A stretch of DNA of 64,000 bases from Myxococcota bacterium. GTDB taxonomy: Bacteria > Myxococcota_A > SURF-8 > G963663525. Location of the stretch: the NCBI GenBank assembly GCA_963676915.2, contig CAXXVK010000013.1, positions 1-64,000 of the forward strand. Direction: 5' to 3'. The notes beneath the pieces were generated by a model that was given only the letters and a program-made list of their open reading frames with translations, was not told where the DNA came from and did not search any database. Below, piece after piece: positions 39,244 through 48,141 of this stretch (position 1 is its first letter; every line of letters starts with the position of its first letter). A program made the translations under genes and the position numbers.

Positions 39244-41401
39244 ACGAAGGGAATATCTGGAGGCCGCAGCGCGTGAAAGCGCCGAAGCTCTGATGGGTCT
39301 GCGCCTGAGTACGGTCAAAGGCGATTTTGGCAGCCGCGAGCATTATCGGGCGGTTCGTCAGGACGTGCTGGCCGCGTTGACCCATCGGCTGGGTCTGGTC
39401 GATGGTTTTTTACCGGGACCGCTTAAAGACGTAGCCGACATGTGGCCCGAGGATCTCACGTCCGACGAAGTACGCCTGATTCACGAAATCCTGCTCGATC
39501 TCGTGCCGAAACTGGGCGATCCTTCGCAGTTGCAGCAGAACTCGGTCGAGCGCAAAGGGTTCGGGGCGTATTTCACACCGAAAGAGGTGGCCCGAGAGTT
39601 GGCCGAATGGGCTTTGGAACCGCTGCTGGAGCGATTCGAGAGGGCGGAAGCCTCTGAGCCATACGAAAAATTATGTAAGGATTTCAAGGTGTTCGATCCC
39701 TCGATGGGAACCGGTATGCTGCTCGATGCCGCTCGGGAAACCATCGTGGACCGAATGACGGAAATCCGCGAACTCGACGCAAACGACCCACTGCGAGACG
39801 AACTTCGTAACCTCGTTCATCGAGATGTTCTCCATGGAGTGGATTTGGATGCCGCCGCCGTGCAGACAACGCGACTGGCGCTACGTTTGCGGCCCGGTAA
39901 ACCTTCCCTGAGCGATCCGGGTGTTCATTTCTGGGTGGCCGATGCTCTGCGCGACCTCGTGCCGATGAGCGGCGAGTTGCTCGAAACGGCCAAAGCTCGG
40001 GATGAGCGACGAGGTACGTTTCAGGCGGTGTTGCTCAATCCTCCTTATCTTCCCTGGTGGGTGATTCGAGAACGTCGTCCCGAACTGCTTCGACGCCGTT
40101 TCGGACCGATGGAATTTCACGCCAGACCGTCCCATAAGGACGCCCATCCCAACGCTTACCTGTTTCACCTGGTTCTTGCGCTCGAATTGCTGGCTCCAGG
40201 TGGGAGGCTTGCGGCGATCGTACCCCAGGAATGGCGTGAAGAGTCCAAAGCGGCACCGTTTCGCGATTACCTCGAAGCGGCTTGTCGTTCGATCAAGCTG
40301 CATGTTTTTGCAGGAGACGCTCAGTTGTTTTCCGCCATGGGTGGACCGGTGGGAACCAACTCGCTGCTGTTGTTCGCAGAGCGAGGCGAGGGACCGGCGA
40401 AGGTTACGGTGGTTCGTCAACAAGGCGAAACCCAGCAAGCCACGCAGGAAAGTCTTGGTGGAAAAGACGACGCTTTTTCGGACTTTTTCGATCTTTTGCC
40501 CGAAGAAGTCGTTCCCCTGCGCGATGGTTTGGCTTTTGCCGTCGGTGGCGGGCATCAGCCGCCGGTGGATGAACTGCCGGACTTCACGTTCTCACGCGAG
40601 GAGTTGGGACCGATTTCGGAGGACGAACTGTCGTTTTTGTATCCTGCGCTCTCGGATGCGAAAAACATCCGCCGGTACCGTATCGAACCTTCGGAGCGTT
40701 TTTGGGCTATTCTCAATCCGTTGGGAAATTTCGATTACGCTCGGGAAAAAGCACCGAAGCTGCTCGATGCCATTGCCGCGAGGAAAAATATCTCGGGTCA
40801 GGAGGACGGGGAATGGTGGAAGTTCCCCAACGTAAGGCGGGTTGACGAGGTGTTGAGCCGTCAACCGAAGTTGCTTACGCCTCGTACGGCGGAACACAAT
40901 TCGTTCGCACTGGATGAAAACAAAGGGTATCAGATCAAAGGAACGAACTCCTGGATTCGTCCACGAGGGCGGCATTCGGTGTATTTTCTGCTTGCCGTGT
41001 TGAATTCTTCGGTGTTGGACGAAGCAGGGAACTTGCTGGGGCGCAGTTATCACGGGGGAGGACATCGCCTTTTCACGCCTGCCGAGTTGGGTGTTTTTCC
41101 GATTCGCGATATCGATTTTCCCGAAACCGCACAAGAAAACGATTTACGGACGAAACTCTGGAAAAAGTGGAAGATACCTCTCGGACAGGGAAAATCCATT
41201 GGCGTGCGGCGGGAAATTCACCGATTGTGCATGGAAACCAATCCGCCATGCGGTTCTTTGGCTGCCGTACATGACGTGTTGGAATTTTTGGCCCGACAGC
41301 TCGTCAAAGCCTATCGGCTCGACGATCCACCGGAACAATTGGTGGATTTTTGCGAATCACTGATCGATGACATTGTTCGTAGTTTGTACCGAGTTCGATA
41401 A
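39236..41401 (+). CDS. N6-adenine DNA methyltransferase (TaqI/Eco57I-like) with C-terminal target-recognition domain
   Basis: GAYFTP, motif I FDPSMGTG, HGVDLD, motif IV NPPY, FLLAVLNS; GTG start overlaps the tmk stop. Confidence 0.85.
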   Translation: MSERREYLEAAARESAEALMGLRLSTVKGDFGSREHYRAVRQDVLAALTHRLGLVDGFLPGPLKDVADMWPEDLTSDEVRLIHEILLDLVPKLGDPSQLQQNSVERKGFGAYFTPKEVARELAEWALEPLLERFERAEASEPYEKLCKDFKVFDPSMGTGMLLDAARETIVDRMTEIRELDANDPLRDELRNLVHRDVLHGVDLDAAAVQTTRLALRLRPGKPSLSDPGVHFWVADALRDLVPMSGELLETAKARDERRGTFQAVLLNPPYLPWWVIRERRPELLRRRFGPMEFHARPSHKDAHPNAYLFHLVLALELLAPGGRLAAIVPQEWREESKAAPFRDYLEAACRSIKLHVFAGDAQLFSAMGGPVGTNSLLLFAERGEGPAKVTVVRQQGETQQATQESLGGKDDAFSDFFDLLPEEVVPLRDGLAFAVGGGHQPPVDELPDFTFSREELGPISEDELSFLYPALSDAKNIRRYRIEPSERFWAILNPLGNFDYAREKAPKLLDAIAARKNISGQEDGEWWKFPNVRRVDEVLSRQPKLLTPRTAEHNSFALDENKGYQIKGTNSWIRPRGRHSVYFLLAVLNSSVLDEAGNLLGRSYHGGGHRLFTPAELGVFPIRDIDFPETAQENDLRTKLWKKWKIPLGQGKSIGVRREIHRLCMETNPPCGSLAAVHDVLEFLARQLVKAYRLDDPPEQLVDFCESLIDDIVRSLYRVR

Positions 41402-41588
41402 AGTAAGGAAATTCGCTTTTGAAATGTCGTATTTAGGGTGACTTTCGGAGGTGTAGCAAAACTTGACCCTTCGAGAACATCCAACTACAATGTTCACGGA
41501 CCACAATGTTTTCTAACGTATACATTCCCTGGAGAATGGGTGGCTTGGGGGAAAAGCTTCTCACGATGACAGGAGTTTGGGTGATACT

Positions 41589-42827
41589 ATGAACGTAATG
41601 ATTACCGAAGAGACGCAATTGGAGATTCGCGGCGGGATACAACTGGACAAGCGTAAGCTGTCCCCGCAAGAAGGCTTTTTGCTCTCGCGAATCAAGGGGC
41701 CGACAACCGTCAAAGAGCTGTACCGGATCAGCATGGTCGATCAGGATGCGACCGCGACGATCATCAAGCGCCTTGTGGACAACGGTATTTTGCAAAGTGT
41801 CGGGGGAAATGCCGCTCAAGGACCGGGTGGTGTAGGACGGCGGGGAGCGCCGAAAAAAGACGAATACAACGGGTTCATTTTCGACCTTCAGTTGATGCAG
41901 GAAGATGTGGATCTGACCGTCGATCAGCGCAAAGACATCATTTTCACGCACCAGAATATGGAAGGAAAAACTTTTTTCCAGGTTCTAGGCGTACCCTACG
42001 ATGCCGGTGCAGCACGGGTGAAAAAGGCATTTTTAAGCAAAAGCAAAAAATACCATCCCGACCGCTTTTTCCGCCGTCGTCTGGGTAGTTTCGAGCGGAT
42101 GATCAACGAAATTTATTCTTCGCTCAGTCGCGCACAGTTCACGTTGCTGGACCCTGTCAAAAAGCGTGAATACCTCAAAAAACTGGAAAAAGAGGGTAAG
42201 CTTACCAATTCCGATCATTTGGAAAACCTTGAAAAAGAAGAACGTGCTCGCCAGCAGAGGATTCGTGATGCGCTGAAAAACCGTCGACTGAAGCGAAATC
42301 CGTTGATGGAGAGAGTTAAAAAGGCCAAAGAATATTACGAAGCCGGTCGTATGGCGGTCGAGAGGGAAAACTACCTCGCCGCGTTGAACAATTTCCGGTT
42401 AGCTTCGTCGTTTGACCCGCACAATGAAATCTATCGTGCCAAGGTGGACGAGGTTATCGATCGCGCCAACCTGGAGCGTGCCCGCAAGATGTTGCAAAAA
42501 GCCCAGATGGGACAAACTTACAATAGGGACGATTTTCTCGACCAATACGAAGAAGCGGCAGATCTGGGACAGAAGGATCATTCGATCCAGTTTGCAGCCG
42601 CCCAGGCGTTTCTGGAAAACGAAATGCCTGCCAAAGCTCGTACGTATCTGCGAAGGGCCGTGAAACTGGCTCCGAAAAACATCGACTACAAGATGATTCT
42701 CGGAACCTTGCTGTTGCGTACTAAAAAACGGCAGGATGCGGTTGAACTGTTTGAGGAAGTTCTCAAACTAAAACCGGGTCACGATCGGGCCAAAGAGTTG
42801 CTGAAAGAAGCGAAGAAATGGTTCTAG
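41589..42827 (+). CDS. J-domain plus TPR protein
   Basis: FFQVLGV...KYHPDRF J-domain; C-terminal TPRs; N-terminal LSPQEGFLLSRIKG winged-helix-like segment. Confidence 0.88.
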   Translation: MNVMITEETQLEIRGGIQLDKRKLSPQEGFLLSRIKGPTTVKELYRISMVDQDATATIIKRLVDNGILQSVGGNAAQGPGGVGRRGAPKKDEYNGFIFDLQLMQEDVDLTVDQRKDIIFTHQNMEGKTFFQVLGVPYDAGAARVKKAFLSKSKKYHPDRFFRRRLGSFERMINEIYSSLSRAQFTLLDPVKKREYLKKLEKEGKLTNSDHLENLEKEERARQQRIRDALKNRRLKRNPLMERVKKAKEYYEAGRMAVERENYLAALNNFRLASSFDPHNEIYRAKVDEVIDRANLERARKMLQKAQMGQTYNRDDFLDQYEEAADLGQKDHSIQFAAAQAFLENEMPAKARTYLRRAVKLAPKNIDYKMILGTLLLRTKKRQDAVELFEEVLKLKPGHDRAKELLKEAKKWF

Positions 42828-43029
42828 AGGTGCAACGAAAACGCCCGAACGGTTTTTTCATTGCCATGAAGCCTCCAAATGTAGTAAATCATTGCAGAAA
42901 TGAATGTTTCGAATCGATAGAGATACCGTGAACATTCGTGGATTCGATCATTTTACGAAAAGATCTGTATTTTCACCCGGTTACAGTAAGTAGACATCAA
43001 TCGGGTAGCCTTGGTTTTGTGGGGTAGGC

Positions 43030-44916
43030 ATGAGTCCAGTTATCGGTATTGATCTGGGAACCACCAATTCTTGTGTGGCATACATCGAAGATGGTGTGCC
43101 CATCGTGATTCCCAATAAAGGGGGCTACAAAGTTACGCCTTCCGTGGTGGCGGTAACTCCGGCCAACAAGCGTCTCGTCGGACAACCGGCGAAACGGCAG
43201 GCCATCACCAACCCCACCAATACAGTTTTCGCCATCAAACGTCTGACGGGTCGCATCTGGGGATCTCCCCTTGTGGAAGCTGCCCGGATTTCCAGTCCTT
43301 TCGACCTCGTGGAAGGTCAGAATCACGACGTGCGCGTCAAGATGATGGAGAAGGTTTACTCGGTTCCCGAAATCCAGGCGATGATTCTTTCCGAATTGCG
43401 TCAGGTTGCCGAAGACCACATCGGCGAGCCGGTCAACCAGGTTGTCATTACCGTCCCAGCCTACTTCAAGGACGCTCAACGACAAAGCACCAAAGATGCC
43501 GGTAAAATCGCCGGGTTGGACGTGCTGCGCATCATCAATGAACCCACAGCGGCAGCGCTTGCCTATGGATATGGAAAGAGACTGAACAAAAAAGTCGCCA
43601 TTTACGATCTTGGCGGCGGTACCTTCGATATTTCGATTCTTGAAATTCACGATGGTGTGTTCGAAGTTCTTACCTCCAATGGTGATACTTTCCTTGGTGG
43701 CGAAGATTTCGATGCCCGTATTGTTGACTGGTTGCTGGATGAGCTGGAAGAAGCTCATGGCATCGATCTGCGCGGCGACAAAATGGCCACGCAACGTCTT
43801 AAAGATGCTGCTGAAACCGCAAAGATTGCGTTGTCCAGCTCCGAACAAACCGACATCAATCTTCCCTTCCTGGCTTCGACTCCCGAAGGAGAAGCGCTGC
43901 ACCTCGAACGCAAGCTTTTGCGTTCGGAATATGAAGAAATGGTCGAGGATCTGGTGTCTCGCACCGTGGATATCTGCGACCGTGCCTTGCAGGACATCAA
44001 GCTGAAAAAGCGCCAGATCGATGAATTGATTCTCGTCGGTGGCCAGACGCGAATGCCTTTGGTGTTCAACTCGGTCAAAGGCTTTTTCGGACGCGGACCC
44101 CTCAAGTCGCTCAATCCCGACGAAGCTGTTGCGCTTGGAGCAGCCATTCAGGCCAACATGCTCGTAGGGCAGGGGCCGATGGAGGACGAAACTACCCCAT
44201 CGAAAAAGGTTCAGCAGCCTCGCAGCAATGCACTTTTGCTGGATTTGACGCCACACTCTTTGGGAATCGAAATCAGCGGTGGATACTACAAGGAAATCGT
44301 TCCGAAGGATTCGCCGATTCCAATCAGCCGACACCACATTTTCACCACGGAACGCGACAATCAGGAAGAGGTTGACATCATCGTGGTGCAAGGTGAAGAA
44401 GTTTCCGATGGTTCCGGCGAGAAAGGAAAAGTCCACAACTTCAACGTGCTGGGCGAATTCCGACTGACGAATATCAAAAAAGCGCCGCGTGGTGAAACCA
44501 AGATCAAGGTGTTTTTCGATATCGACGCCAACGGAACCGTCACCGTCTCGGCGATGGACATGGATACCGGCGATGAGCAGTCGATTATCGTCAATGCCGA
44601 CTCCTATCTCTCCGATGGCGAAATTACCCAGATGATCGAGGACAACCGGGCGCACCTTTTGCAACGTGAACAGGAAGAAGCTCACAAACGGGCGGTGCAC
44701 AACGTTCGTCAGAATCTCAAGTATATTCGAAGCGTTTTGCCTGCCGTGCGACCTCATATGGAGAGCACATCCTCTCGTCGCCGCGCCTTGGAGCAGATCG
44801 AGTACATGATGTCCCGCGCTGACGAAGCTCTGGCCAATCAGGACACTTCGGTCCTGCTGGAACTCGAAGATTTTCTGGAAAAAACCAAAAACATCCTTCG
44901 CAAAGCACAGAAGTAA
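43030..44916 (+). CDS. dnaK: Hsp70/DnaK-family chaperone (paralog)
   Basis: GIDLGTTNS, TVPAYF, NEPTAAALAYG, DLGGGTFD, LVGGQTRMP, LLLDLTP. Confidence 0.9.
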   Translation: MSPVIGIDLGTTNSCVAYIEDGVPIVIPNKGGYKVTPSVVAVTPANKRLVGQPAKRQAITNPTNTVFAIKRLTGRIWGSPLVEAARISSPFDLVEGQNHDVRVKMMEKVYSVPEIQAMILSELRQVAEDHIGEPVNQVVITVPAYFKDAQRQSTKDAGKIAGLDVLRIINEPTAAALAYGYGKRLNKKVAIYDLGGGTFDISILEIHDGVFEVLTSNGDTFLGGEDFDARIVDWLLDELEEAHGIDLRGDKMATQRLKDAAETAKIALSSSEQTDINLPFLASTPEGEALHLERKLLRSEYEEMVEDLVSRTVDICDRALQDIKLKKRQIDELILVGGQTRMPLVFNSVKGFFGRGPLKSLNPDEAVALGAAIQANMLVGQGPMEDETTPSKKVQQPRSNALLLDLTPHSLGIEISGGYYKEIVPKDSPIPISRHHIFTTERDNQEEVDIIVVQGEEVSDGSGEKGKVHNFNVLGEFRLTNIKKAPRGETKIKVFFDIDANGTVTVSAMDMDTGDEQSIIVNADSYLSDGEITQMIEDNRAHLLQREQEEAHKRAVHNVRQNLKYIRSVLPAVRPHMESTSSRRRALEQIEYMMSRADEALANQDTSVLLELEDFLEKTKNILRKAQK

Positions 44917-44928
44917 GAGGCGTGAACC

Positions 44929-46137
44929 TTGGTTGAGCTTGACAACCTGGTGAAAGCGAACCACCTGACGCCGGATCAGGCCGAAGCAGCGCAGAACGCA
45001 AGCCCTAAAAATCCTCGTTTCGCTTTTCTGTGGATTTTACGGCAAGGCTGGATGCAAGAAGATGTTCTTCGCGAACATTTTGCACAATGCACCGGTCGTT
45101 CGAGTCTTTCACTGGAGGAAATCCGACGAATCCATCCCTCTTTGCGCGAAGTGCTGCCGCCGGATTTGATCGTGCATTTTCGCGTGCTACCGTTGGATCT
45201 CATCAAATCCAAACTGACGCTTGCGCTTTCGGTGCCGCTATCGGAGGAAGCCGTAGAGGATTTGGAGTTTTTTACTGGTTATACGATCGAGCAGATCGTG
45301 GTGAAGGATTCCGAGTTGGTTCGTGCCATCGAATTTCATTTCGCCTTGCGTCTTGAATCGTTTGTGCGAACGGTCAAAGATATCGCGGAGTTGTCTCAAG
45401 AACAACAGATCGAGACAGAAGACAAAGCCTCGACGCAAGAACCGGAAGTTGCCTCCACTTCGGATACTCCGAACCCCGAGGACACCGCTGGATTCCAGAA
45501 TGAAGATTTCAGCGATCTCCAACGACAGATTTCGGATTTGACGATGGAATCGGGTCAATCGGCGGTGGTGTCGGTGGATTCGATGGAAATTCCGGAGGTC
45601 GAAGACGGCGAGGAAGACGAATACGAGGAATACGAGGAAGAATTCCTGCTGCCGACGGAAGAGTTGGGCGTTCAACTGGCCGAAGCGGAAAATCGCGGGG
45701 AAGTCATCGAGATTTCGATGGACTGGCTGTTGAGGTTTTTCGAGGACTCCCTATTCTGCTCGATCAAGCAAACGGTATTGGGTGGATATATTGGCAAAGG
45801 AAAGAACCTCGATAAGGAGATGGCCAAAAAGATTCAGGTCGATTTCGGTGGAGACGATGCTTTGCAGGAATTGATCGAGAATCGTACCTCGCTGATGAGC
45901 GAATCTCCAAGCCCGAAACTCGCCGAAGTGGCGGTGTTGGCCGGATATCCCGGAACGACTCCTTTGGCTGTCCTGCCTATCGAACTCAAAGGCCGCGTGA
46001 TCGGGCTGTTTTTCGGCCTGTCTCCCCTGGAAGAGGATCTTACCGACGACGAGGAAGAATGGGCCGAGGTCGCCGAGCAAATCGCCGCTGCCATCGAAGT
46101 TCAAATTCTTGCACAGAAAATCGGGGTGGGGTCGTAG
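44929..46137 (+). CDS. T2SSE_N/GSPII-N (MshEN-like) domain protein with acidic linker and GAF-like C-terminus
   Basis: LPPDLIVHFRVLPL..KLTLALSVP..EDLEFFTGY; C-terminal VLPIELKGRVIGLFFG. Confidence 0.7.
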   Translation: MVELDNLVKANHLTPDQAEAAQNASPKNPRFAFLWILRQGWMQEDVLREHFAQCTGRSSLSLEEIRRIHPSLREVLPPDLIVHFRVLPLDLIKSKLTLALSVPLSEEAVEDLEFFTGYTIEQIVVKDSELVRAIEFHFALRLESFVRTVKDIAELSQEQQIETEDKASTQEPEVASTSDTPNPEDTAGFQNEDFSDLQRQISDLTMESGQSAVVSVDSMEIPEVEDGEEDEYEEYEEEFLLPTEELGVQLAEAENRGEVIEISMDWLLRFFEDSLFCSIKQTVLGGYIGKGKNLDKEMAKKIQVDFGGDDALQELIENRTSLMSESPSPKLAEVAVLAGYPGTTPLAVLPIELKGRVIGLFFGLSPLEEDLTDDEEEWAEVAEQIAAAIEVQILAQKIGVGS

Positions 46138-46236
46138 TAGAAAACTCCTTTCGTTTTCCACCCTATCCCATCATTGCCGATTCGTAACGTTTTCGGGTAG
46201 ACTGGAGCGGTTTGAATCGACAAGGAGGATTTTTGC

Positions 46237-48141
46237 GTGGAGCGGCATTCCCCGATATTCGATACCCTCGAAGCGGTTCGGCGTGTACGACCGTATGCGT
46301 TCAGCGATTTTTACCGTCGTGGACGACCGGTGCGCCGCACTCCGGAGCCTTCTCCACCTCAAGTATCGTTTCTGCTGCTCCAACGCTGTTCTTTGGGGTG
46401 TCGGTTCTGCTTTGCAGGGTCCGCATTGAAAAGGGGAGGGGAGGTGTCGTTTGCGCGTCTCAAGCCTTTGTTCGATGCCTGCCGTAACGTTCCCCGCGCC
46501 GTGATGCTGGGGGGAGAACCTTTCGAACATACCGAAATTCTTGAGATTTTAGACTATGCGATGCAATGCTTCTCGCAAGAAGTTGAAGTCTATACCAACA
46601 CGGCGCATCTGCCCGATACATTGGACGAACTAAACACCTTCTTGGAAAACCTGGGGGATGGTCAACGCAAACCTCGTCTCGTATTGACCATGGCGCTTGA
46701 CCGTTATCATGCCGAACGCCTGGGAGAAAAACGCTGCCGGGAGCGTGTGCGTCAGTGGTTGGAATTGCGGGAAAAGTACGGTCGCAAGGTGCGTTTCAAT
46801 CTTACCGACGAAGCATTTCAAAGTGAAACTTACCTGTCTCGATTCGCCGTACGAGATGTGCTTGCCGAATTTTCGCCGGAATTGGCCGATTTCTTTTTCT
46901 CGCTCGACGATGCAAAGGACATCGAAGAGACGTTTTATTTCAATCCGGTGCAACGCCAGGGACGGCGAAAAGCCGCCGACGGTGACTCCGTACCGCTTCG
47001 GTTAAGCGAGATCGCTCGAGGCGGGGATTTGGTGATTGGTCCCGATCTCGGGGACACTTCCGAAACTCCCCCGTTGGCGCTGTTCGATTCTCTCAATTCC
47101 GCGTGGGCCTCGCCGCCACCGGCTTTCAGTCGAGTGGCGCGATTGGAAGGGGAGGGGGCGAAGGATCTGGCGATTGCCGTACGAACGGCCTTTCAGGAAA
47201 GGGCGTTTTTTACGTCAATCGATCAACCTGAATCGGGTGAGGATCAAGTACAAGCCATAGATTTTACGAGAGAATGCCTTGCTTCCATGCGTCTTGCGGC
47301 CTCTGATTCCGCTACTTTGTGGTGCCGTATGGCCGAGCGACTGTTTCGTGTGGCTTGTGATGTTGGGGAACTGACGCCGGAGGCGGCGTCCTGGACTGAA
47401 ACCCAGCCGTTGCCTTTGCCTGTTTTGCATGAATTTACGGCATTGTTTATGAAAAACCATCCCGATACCGTGTCGGAATGGATTGCATCGTTTGTCAATG
47501 AACGTCTGGAAGAAACGGGAAGTGGAACCGAACCCTTGGCTCCGGTGCTGGAGACTCAATGGCTCGATCTTGAGGCGATGATTCCTTCTGAAACGCCGAT
47601 TCGTTTGCCGATGCGTCACATCTGTATCGATACCGGGTTGGGATATTTTCCCGGTGAAAGCAGCCATCCGTTGCGTGTCGAAGCCTATGTCTTACCTGAA
47701 CACCGGATTCAGTGGCGTTTTCCGGGATTTCGTTCTGCTCGCGAAGGGGAGAGCGCTGCCGGAGACGGTCGCTTGTGGCTACGTTTCTGGAGACTGGTGG
47801 TAGGTGAAGCGTTTTGGCGTGTCGTGGTTCCTGTGTGGCGAGATGCGTTGGTTGATCGATATGGTAAGGAAAATCCAGCGTTGGTGTCGTGGCTCGACGA
47901 ACTGGCTTTGGAAGAGGTGCCGGGAGAGGGACTGTACCGGCAATCGAGCCGCGATTCCGGCAGAATGTTTCGCTTGTTGGCTTTCGAACCTCGGCGAGGG
48001 GGCATTGACTGGATGAACGTCGATCTCCTGCGTGCGCTGCTGAACGATCCTGGCGAAGGATGGGACGCCGACAAACTGGCATTGTTTCTCGACGGTTTGC
48101 GGGCGGCTCTGGATCGGGCCGAACGGAGGAAACAGGCATGA
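46237..48141 (+). CDS. Radical SAM protein with long unknown C-terminal region
   Basis: CSLGCRFC, GGEP, YTN; AAGGAGG RBS. Confidence 0.85.
   Translation: MERHSPIFDTLEAVRRVRPYAFSDFYRRGRPVRRTPEPSPPQVSFLLLQRCSLGCRFCFAGSALKRGGEVSFARLKPLFDACRNVPRAVMLGGEPFEHTEILEILDYAMQCFSQEVEVYTNTAHLPDTLDELNTFLENLGDGQRKPRLVLTMALDRYHAERLGEKRCRERVRQWLELREKYGRKVRFNLTDEAFQSETYLSRFAVRDVLAEFSPELADFFFSLDDAKDIEETFYFNPVQRQGRRKAADGDSVPLRLSEIARGGDLVIGPDLGDTSETPPLALFDSLNSAWASPPPAFSRVARLEGEGAKDLAIAVRTAFQERAFFTSIDQPESGEDQVQAIDFTRECLASMRLAASDSATLWCRMAERLFRVACDVGELTPEAASWTETQPLPLPVLHEFTALFMKNHPDTVSEWIASFVNERLEETGSGTEPLAPVLETQWLDLEAMIPSETPIRLPMRHICIDTGLGYFPGESSHPLRVEAYVLPEHRIQWRFPGFRSAREGESAAGDGRLWLRFWRLVVGEAFWRVVVPVWRDALVDRYGKENPALVSWLDELALEEVPGEGLYRQSSRDSGRMFRLLAFEPRRGGIDWMNVDLLRALLNDPGEGWDADKLALFLDGLRAALDRAERRKQA

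Noticed and set aside
39236-41401. Complete restriction-modification system
   Set aside because: No recognisable endonuclease or specificity subunit in or beside the gene
42997-44964. 655-aa minus-strand ORF
   Set aside because: Antisense shadow of the Hsp70 gene, a well-known artefact of codon bias
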